A stretch of 63,947 nucleotides of DNA, the filler included, from Octopus bimaculoides (taxonomy: Eukaryota): NCBI RefSeq assembly GCF_001194135.2. It is 9 parts of 8 records of this genome, joined end to end, with 100 filler letters (N's around TTAATTAATTAA, not from the genome) between each part and the next. Parts side by side here need not be neighbours in the genome. Positions count along the whole stretch, not along the records: positions 33,658 to 51,421 come from NC_068991.1; 8 more parts are not named here. The stretch is one strand, 5' to 3'. Positions 40,201 to 49,200 of the stretch are shown here, one piece after another; position 1 is the first letter of the stretch; the number at the start of each line of letters is the position of its first letter. The position numbers and the translations under genes were made by a program. The notes under the pieces were generated by a model. It was given only the letters and a program-made list of their open reading frames with translations, was not told the origin of the DNA and made no database searches.

Positions 40201-43200
40201 TGAAATTAGACACCCACTTCAAAAAGTTTGATTAGTAAATCACAATATATTAACGATATATGAAAATTTATCGATGAAAGATGATCGATATGAATTCATT
40301 TCCTAGATCAATACACACGAAGTATGTATTTATTGCTTACTTTGGTCCCCCCCCCCCCAAATGCCATATAGCAGAAGAGACACGTAAATTGTTAATTTAA
40401 CGAGATGCCCTGGGAGCCAATCTTCTTCCTGATGATATAGATGACAAAGTGCTGTCTATGCATTTAAATACGTTATTAGTGGTCGGGAATTCAGTGTCAA
40501 GATCAAATATTTCTAAGTTGAATATTCAAAAAGAGATTTCTATTTCTCAGATTTCGATTAAGTCATTTATGTTACAGCTTATTTCGAAATTATTCAAGCA
40601 AGAACATTTAAAAATTGAATTAGTGAGAGCTAAAACCTTGGACTTCTACTTATCGTTGGTGTTCATCGTAACTATAGACGAGGTAAGTAGTTTCTAGTTT
40701 ATTTAATATTGTCAAACTTTTGAGGGTTCTGGTCACTGTAAAACATATTCTACCGATGAGCAACAAAGAAAGACATATGCTGTTATGGCTTTAGAATGTC
40801 AAGATTATCTAATACTTCATATAAACATCTACAGACAACACCAAAAGAATTTGATAACAGACACAATAATGGAATCTATCAAAAGATTCATGTTAATGTT
40901 CATGTTAGAGATGAGGTGACATTTACTAGTATCTCAAGAGTACTATGAATTATAAAAAACTACGTCATTAAGAAATAAACATATCATACAGGGTGGCCCA
41001 AAAGTAGGTTTATAGTTATTCAACTATCTTTTTTCACATTCATAAATTAACAGTTTAGATCTTAATTATAAAAAAATATGAAACCATTATTCTATGCTAA
41101 TTTAGTTAATTGTAAGATAGAAATCTAAATGTAATAAAATGTTTAAAAAAAAATTCAAAGTGCTTACGTGATAACTGTAAACCTAATTTTGGGCCAACCT
41201 GTACATTAAATTAGATGTTTGAAGTTGTAAGATCACTGATGCATTCCATCTTTTTAATATTGGTTTCGAATCATTATTATCTGGCTTGCAAATCCTCTAT
41301 GTCAATCCCATTATCATTCTCCAAAATCGTATATCCCATTCGTTATATTGTAAAGAAATTAAGGCAATGATAGACATAAGATTTTAAAGTGATATGTATC
41401 ATTATAATCAAACAACTTTTATTGTTACCTGGAGTTGTTGAAGGAGGACATTTCTTTTTTGTACACTCTACTTTTCCTTTCGATTTGCAACTGCATTTAT
41501 TACATTTATCTACGGCAATGAATACATCCCCAAATACGTGTACGTCTCCATTGTAGTAGCATTTAAAATAGATTTCGATCTTCTTTAGTGTAGTTTCTAA
41601 AAGATAAGTTTTATACGAATTCGATAGGAAAATAAAGACACCCACTACAAAAAATTTGGTTAGTAAGTAACAAAGTATTAATGAAGTATGAAAATTTATC
41701 GATGAAAGATGATCGTATGTGAAATCATTTCCTAGATTAATATACACGGAATATCTGCTTATTGCTTACTTTGGTCCTACACTCCAAATACCATGCAGCA
41801 GAAGAGACATGTAAATAGTTAATTTAACGAGATGCTCTGGAAGCTAGTCTACGTCCTGACGACATAGACGACAAAGTGCTGATTATGCATTGAAATACAA
41901 TATTAGGTGCTGGGAATTCAATATCGAGAACAAATATTTCTAAGATACGTATTAAAAAAAAAAAAATCTCTCGGATTTACATGTAAGTCTTTTTTTTCAA
42001 TAATTTCAATAATGTCACTTATGTTACAGCTAATTTCGAAATTATTCAAACAAGAACATTTGAAAACTGAATGTAGTGAGGGCTAAAACCTTGGACTTCT
42101 ACTTATCGTTGGTGTTCATCGTAACTATGGACAAAGTAAGTTGTCTCTAGTTTATTTAATATTCTCAAACTGTAGAGAAAGACTAGATTTTGGAGATTCT
42201 GGACGCTGTAAAACCTATTTGCTATTCTACCGATGAGCAACTAAGAAAGACATGCTATTATGGCTTTAGAGTGTCATGATTATCTAATATTTCAGATAAA
42301 CATCTACAGACAATACAAAAGAAATTTGATAAAATATACGATAATGGGATCTATTAAAAGATACATTTTAACGTTGATGTTTGAGATGAGGTGATATTTA
42401 CAAAGCGGCATTGGCTAGTATCTTAAGTGAACTATGAATTACGAAAAGCAATGTCATTAAGAAATAAAAATATATTATACATTAAATTAGATGTTTGAAG
42501 TTGTAAGATCACTGATGCCTTCCATCTTCTTAATATTGGGTTCGAATGATTATTATCTGGCTTGCAAATCCTGTATGTCAATCGAATTATCATTCTCCAA
42601 AATCGTATATCCCATTCGTTACATTGTAAAGAAACTGAGGCAATGATAGACATAAGATTTAAAAGTGATATGTATCATTATAATCAAACAACTTTTATNN
42701 NNNNNNNNNNNNNNNNNNNNNNNNNNNNNNNNNNNNNNNNNNNNNNNNNNNNNNNNNNNNNNNNNNNNNNNNNNNNNNNNNNNNNNNNNNNNNNNNNNNN
42801 NNNNNNNNNNNNNNNNNNNNNNNNNNNNNNNNNNNNNNNNNNNNNNNNNNNNNNNNNNNNNNNNNNNNNNNNNNNNNNNNNNNNNNNNNNNNNNNNNNNN
42901 NNNNNNNNNNNNNNNNNNNNNNNNNNNNNNNNNNNNNNNNNNNNNNNNNNNNNNNNNNNNNNNNNNNNNNNNNNNNNNNNNNNNNNNNNNNNNNNNNNNN
43001 NNNNNNNNNNNNNNNNNNNNNNNNNNNNNNNNNNNNNNNNNNNNNNNNNNNNNNNNNNNNNNNNNNNNNNNNNNNNNNNNNNNNNNNNNNNNNNNNNNNN
43101 NNNNNTGATATATGAAAATTTATCGATGAAAGATGATCGTATATGAAATCATTTCCTAGATTAATACACACGGAATAATTGCTTATTGCTTACTTTGGTC

Positions 43201-46200
43201 CTACACTCCAAATACCATATAGCAGAAGAGACACGTAAATAGTTAATTTAACGAGATGCTTTGGAAGCTAGTCTTCGGCCTGACGACATAGACGACAAAG
43301 TGCTGATTATGCATTGAAATACATTATTAGGTACCGGGAATTCAATATCGAGAACAAATATTTCTAAGATAAATATTAAAAAAAAAAAAAAAAACTCTCG
43401 GATTTACATGTGAGTCTTTTTTTTCAATAATTTCAATAATGTCACTTATGTTACAGCTTATTTCCAAATTATTCAAACAAAAACATTTGAAAACTGAATG
43501 TAGTGAGAGCTAAAACCTTGGACTTCTACTTATCGCTGGTGTTCATCGTAACTATGATCAAGGTAAGTAGACTCTAGTTTATTTATATTCTCAAACTGTA
43601 GAGAAAGACTAGATTTTGGAGATTCTGGACGCTGTAAAACCTATTTGCTATTCTACCGATGAGCAACAAAGAAAGACGTGTTATAATGGCTTTAGTGTGT
43701 CATGATTATCTAATATTTCAGATAAACATCTACAGACAATACAAAAAGAATTTGATAAAATATACGATAATGGGATCTATTAAAAGATACATTTTGACGT
43801 TGATGTTTGAGATGAGGTGATATTTACAAAGCGGCATTGGCTAGTATCTTAAGTGTACTATGAATTACGAAAAACAATGTCATTAAGAAATAAAAATATA
43901 TTATACATTAAATTAGATGTTTGAAGTTGTAAGATCACTGATGCCTTCTATCTTCTTAATATTGGGTTCGAATGATTATTATCTGGCTTGCAAATCCTGT
44001 ATGTCAATCGAATTATCATTCTCCAAAATCGTATATCCCATTCGTTATATTGTAAAGAAATTGAGGCAATGATAGACATAAGATTTTAAAGTGATATGTA
44101 TCATTATAATCAAACAACTTTTATTGTTACCTGGAGTTGTTGAAGGAGGACATTTCTTTTTTGTACACTCTACTTTTCCTTTCGATTTGCAACTGCACTT
44201 ATTACAGTCATCTACGGCAATGAATACATCCCCAAATAGGTGTATTTCTCCATTGTAGTAGCATTTAAAATAAATTTCGATCTTCTTTGGTGTAGTTTCT
44301 AAAAGATAAGTTTTATACGAATTCGATTGGAAAATATAGACACCCCACTACAAAAATTTGGTTAGTAAGTAACAAAGTATTAATGATATATGAAAATTTA
44401 TCGATGAAAGATGATCGTATATGAAATCATTTCCTAGATTAATATACGCGGAATATCTGCTTATTGCTTACTTTGGTCCTACACTCCAAATACCATGTAG
44501 CAGCAAAGACATGTAAATAGTTAATTTAACGAGATGGTCTGGAAGCTAGTCTTCGTCCTGACGACATAGACGACAAAGTGCTGATTATGCATTGAAATAC
44601 ATTATTAGGGGCCGGGAATTCAATATCGAGAACAAATATTTCTAAGATAAACGTTCAAAAAATAAAATTCTCTCGGATTTACATGTGAGTCTTTTTTTTC
44701 AATAATTTCAATAATGTCACTTATGTTACAGCTTATTTCAAAATTATTCAAACAAGAACATTTGAAAACTGAATGTAGTGAGGGCTAAAACCTTGGACTT
44801 CTACTTATCGTTGGTGTTCATCGTAACTATGGACAAAGTAAGTTGTCTCTAGTTTATTTAATATTCTCAAACTGTAGAGAAAGACTAGATTTTGGAGATT
44901 CTGGACGCTTTAAAACCTATTTGCTATTCTACCGATGAGCAACAAAGAAAGACGTGTTATTATGGCTTTAGTGCGTCATGATTATCTAATATTTCAGATA
45001 AACATCTACAGACAATACAAAAAAAATTTGATAAAATATACGATAATGGGATCTATTAAAAGATACATTTTGACGTTGATGTTTGAGATGAAGTGATATT
45101 TACAAAGTGGTATTGGCTATTATCTTAAGTGTAATATGAATTACGAAAAGCAATGTCATTAAGAAATAAGAATATATTATACATTAAATTAGATGTTTGA
45201 AGTTGTAAGATCACTGATGCCTTCCATCTTCTTAATATTGGGTTCGAATGATTATTATCTGGCTTGCAAATCCTGTATGTCAATCCCATTATCATTCTCC
45301 AAAATCGTATATCCCATTCGTTATATTGTAAAGAAATTAAGGCAATGATAGACATAAGATTTTAAAGTGATATGTATCATTATAATCAAACAACTTTTAT
45401 TGGTACCTGGAGTTGTTGAGGGAGGACATTTCTTTTTTGTGCATTCTACTTTTCCTTTCGATTTGCAACTGCACTTATTACATTTATCTACGGCTATGAA
45501 TATGTCTCCAAACATGTATACTTTTTGTTGGTACCGGCATTCTACGGAAGTATCATCCGTTTGTATTGTAGTTTCTGAAAGAAAAGTTTACACGACTCCA
45601 AAATGAATTTGTAAAGGTCTCTTTTATAGAGTTTTCATTAGCTATACACAATATGAATATGAGATATGATGATTAATCGGTGAAAGCCGAAATTGAAACC
45701 AATTACAAACACACAAAGTGAATTGGTTATTTCAATTTGTCCATTCCCCAAAGCCATGTAGCAGAAAAGACATAACATATAAATGCTTAATTCGACTTCG
45801 TCTCCGAAGAGCACGACTCGTATGTGAGAAAATTGTCGGCAAATTTCCTATTATGCATTGCAAATTTCCTATTATGCATTGCAATATATTAACATGTAGT
45901 TAATGTTATTTGGTCAATGTTCAAAATATCATTTTTAAGTTTTACGATTCATTCTTATACTTTGATACTTTCAATAATGCTATTACGTTATAGTGAATTT
46001 CAAAATTATTCCAAAAAGTATATTTTAAAGTTGAAATAGGTGATTGCAAAAGATTTAGAAGGATTTTTATTATTTCAAAAGGATGGTGAATTTACGTGCC
46101 AATTCACCATTCTATCGCAAATCTGATTTGCAATAAATGGACATCGTAACTATGGACGAGGTAAGTAATCTCTAGTTTATTTAATAGAGAAAGACTAGAT

Positions 46201-49200
46201 TTGGGAGATTCTAGACACTTTAAAACATTTGCCATTCTATCGATGTGAATTGTAGTTTTCTGTCGTGTGCAACGAAGAAAGACATATGGTATTATGGCTT
46301 TAGAATATCATGATTATCTAATACTTCAGATAAGCATTTACAGACAATACCAAAAGCATTTGATAATAGGATGAGGAAAGTTATCTTTAATTTATTTAAT
46401 GTCCTAAAATTGTAAAGAAAGGCTTGATGTTGGAAATCTTGGGCACTCTAAAATATATTTGTTCTAACAATATAATTTAGTTGTTTTTTTTGTCACAGGC
46501 AAGAAAAAAAGCAAATGCTATCATTTCTTTAGAATATCTTGATTATACAATATTCCAGAAAAACGTCTACAAGGCAATATCAAAAGCGCCTAATAGTGCA
46601 CACAGTAATTGAATATATCGACAGGTTCACTTCAACATTGCGTGACCATTATGTTAAAAATGTACATTCACAAGAGGTGTTAAGAAATATATCTTTAGGG
46701 TACAAGGAATTACGGAAACCCAAATCATTAAAAACTAAATCAAAACATAAATTGAATTATATGTTTGAAATTATAGGTTCACTTCTAACTCCAATTTTCT
46801 AAATTTAGATTTCAAACCATTGTCTCACTAAGCAACACTTATATTTCAATCCCAACAATACTCTCGAAAATCTTATATTAGATTTGTTATAATGCTAAGT
46901 AAAACAAGATAGCTATAATATTCTTAAGTTCTGTTGTAATAAAAATTCATATTACTGAAGACAAGGCAGTTTTATAACCTATTTCAGATGTTCCACTAAT
47001 GATATCATACTTTACTATCTATTTTAGAATTGAGGTACAATATGAAAAATAGGCTAATTTCATTTAAACGTGAACAGTAGAAGTTTTGGTGATGAAGTGT
47101 AACCTTTACTGTTCAGTACTTCCTGTTTCAAAAATATCTTTCAAGATTACCTGGAGTTGTTATGGGAGTACATTTCTTTAGTGTACACTCTACTTTTCCT
47201 TTAATCATGCAACCGCACTGATTACATTGATCTTTAGCCATGAATGTCTGCCCAAGTATGTATATTTCCCCATTGTAGTGGCATTTTTCGGAAGTTACGT
47301 TCTTCTGGGTTGTAGTTTCTGAAAGATAAGCTTTACACTAGTTCAACATGAAATCCGAGATGTCACAATAAATATGATATATGGAAATTTATCGATGAAA
47401 GATGATCATATAAGAGGATATTTCTGAGATCGTGCAAAATGACAAATACACAAAGACAATTGGTTATTTCAGTCCCCAATCTTCTAGGCCAGGAGTGAGG
47501 AATCAGCGGTCTTCTAGGCCATTATGTGTGGCCTTTTGAATGAACTCAAATTTTTTAGAACAAGTCTTTTAGTTTTATTAATGTGTATTTGTTCATGTTT
47601 TGTTATTTTTATTTTAACCTTAAAATGAACGTATTTAACAAACCAAAGATTAAAAGAAAATTCAACGAAATAATCCTCTCCAACTAATCGCCACAATTAC
47701 AAACATAATATGTCATAAGGGCTATTCAGACACCTGCTACACTTATGATTTAATTCTAATGCAACTCTAAAAAATGTACGTTAACTTCCCCGCCTGATTG
47801 GCGCCATTACTGTCCGGGACTGGCTAGTGAGAGCCCGTGGCGATCCAGCACTTGCACGTAGCTTTCCATTTGAAGTGGAATTTGAGAATAGTTTTACAGC
47901 TTGACCGTATCCATGTATGTTTTTTTCTTTTTTTTTCTTTCTGCTTAACAGTCCATCATATCAAAGAAGACCAAGAGAACACCGAAGGAAGAAAACAGTG
48001 GATTGGGAACTGCAATATTATTAAAGATAAGTCTGCCAAAGATAAATTGATTTGCTTGCTTTGTGATACTGCGATATCAACATTGGAAAAATTCAATGCT
48101 CATCAGCGTTATGTCACTCATAAAGACCACTAATATTTCAAATTAAAAGGAGGAGTGCGAAAGGTCGCATTGCAAAAGTTAAACGTTATTTCAAGCAGTG
48201 GCAAGGATCGGAAATAATGCCACTGAAGCAACGTATAAAGTAGCTTATATACTCGGGTAAAGAAAAGCCATTCACCGATGTGGAAATCGTAAAAGAATGC
48301 ATTGTCGAAGTTGTAGGATGCTTAGGCCCCGATAAGGTTTCAAAGTACAAACAGCTGCCCCTTTCAAGGAAAACCATAACTTATCAGTAGTATGAATTAG
48401 CTTTCAAAGTATCAGAACAGCTTCATAACGAAAACCTATATTATTCAAGCACTTTGGATGAATCAACTGATACTACTGNNNNNNNNNNNNNNNNNNNNNN
48501 NNNNNNNNNNNNNNNNNNNNNNNNNNNNNNNNNNNNNNNNNNNNNNNNNNNNNNNNNNNNNNNNNNNNNNNNNNNNNNNNNNNNNNNNNNNNNNNNNNNN
48601 NNNNNNNNNNNNNNNNNNNNNNNNNNNNNNNNNNNNNNNNNNNNNNNNNNNNNNNNNNNNNNNNNNNNNNNNNNNNNNNATCTTACATCTGCAAAATCTC
48701 TGTGCTAAATCTTCTATTTTAAGCAAAAATTGTGAGAACAGGTAATCAAATTTTATGAAGAACGGAATCAGCAATCAATTATTGAATGAAGATTTCTACA
48801 GAAATGCTACATTTCTGTGTGATATCATGTTAAAGCAAAATCACTTGAATATTTCTTTGCAAGATAAAACTTAGTCTATATATATATGTGGCAAAAAATC
48901 CAAGCAGTTCGAAAAAAAGTTATCTTTTTTCAAAAGTTCTTCAAAAGGAAATTTCAGATGAATATTTTTCCTTTTTAGGAAAGGTCATTGGTGAACAGGA
49001 AGATTCCTGCAAATCATTTGAAGAATATGCAGCTGTTATAGACTTATTAATTGAAGACTACAATGTAAGGTTCACTGACTTTGAGAATCATGTTATCACA
49101 CTCAAATTAGTATTTCAACCTCATCTAGGCTCCTAAAGAACTACATATGGAATTGACTGAGCTAGGAGAAGATCATATTTTAGCGTCCTTATTTGACATT

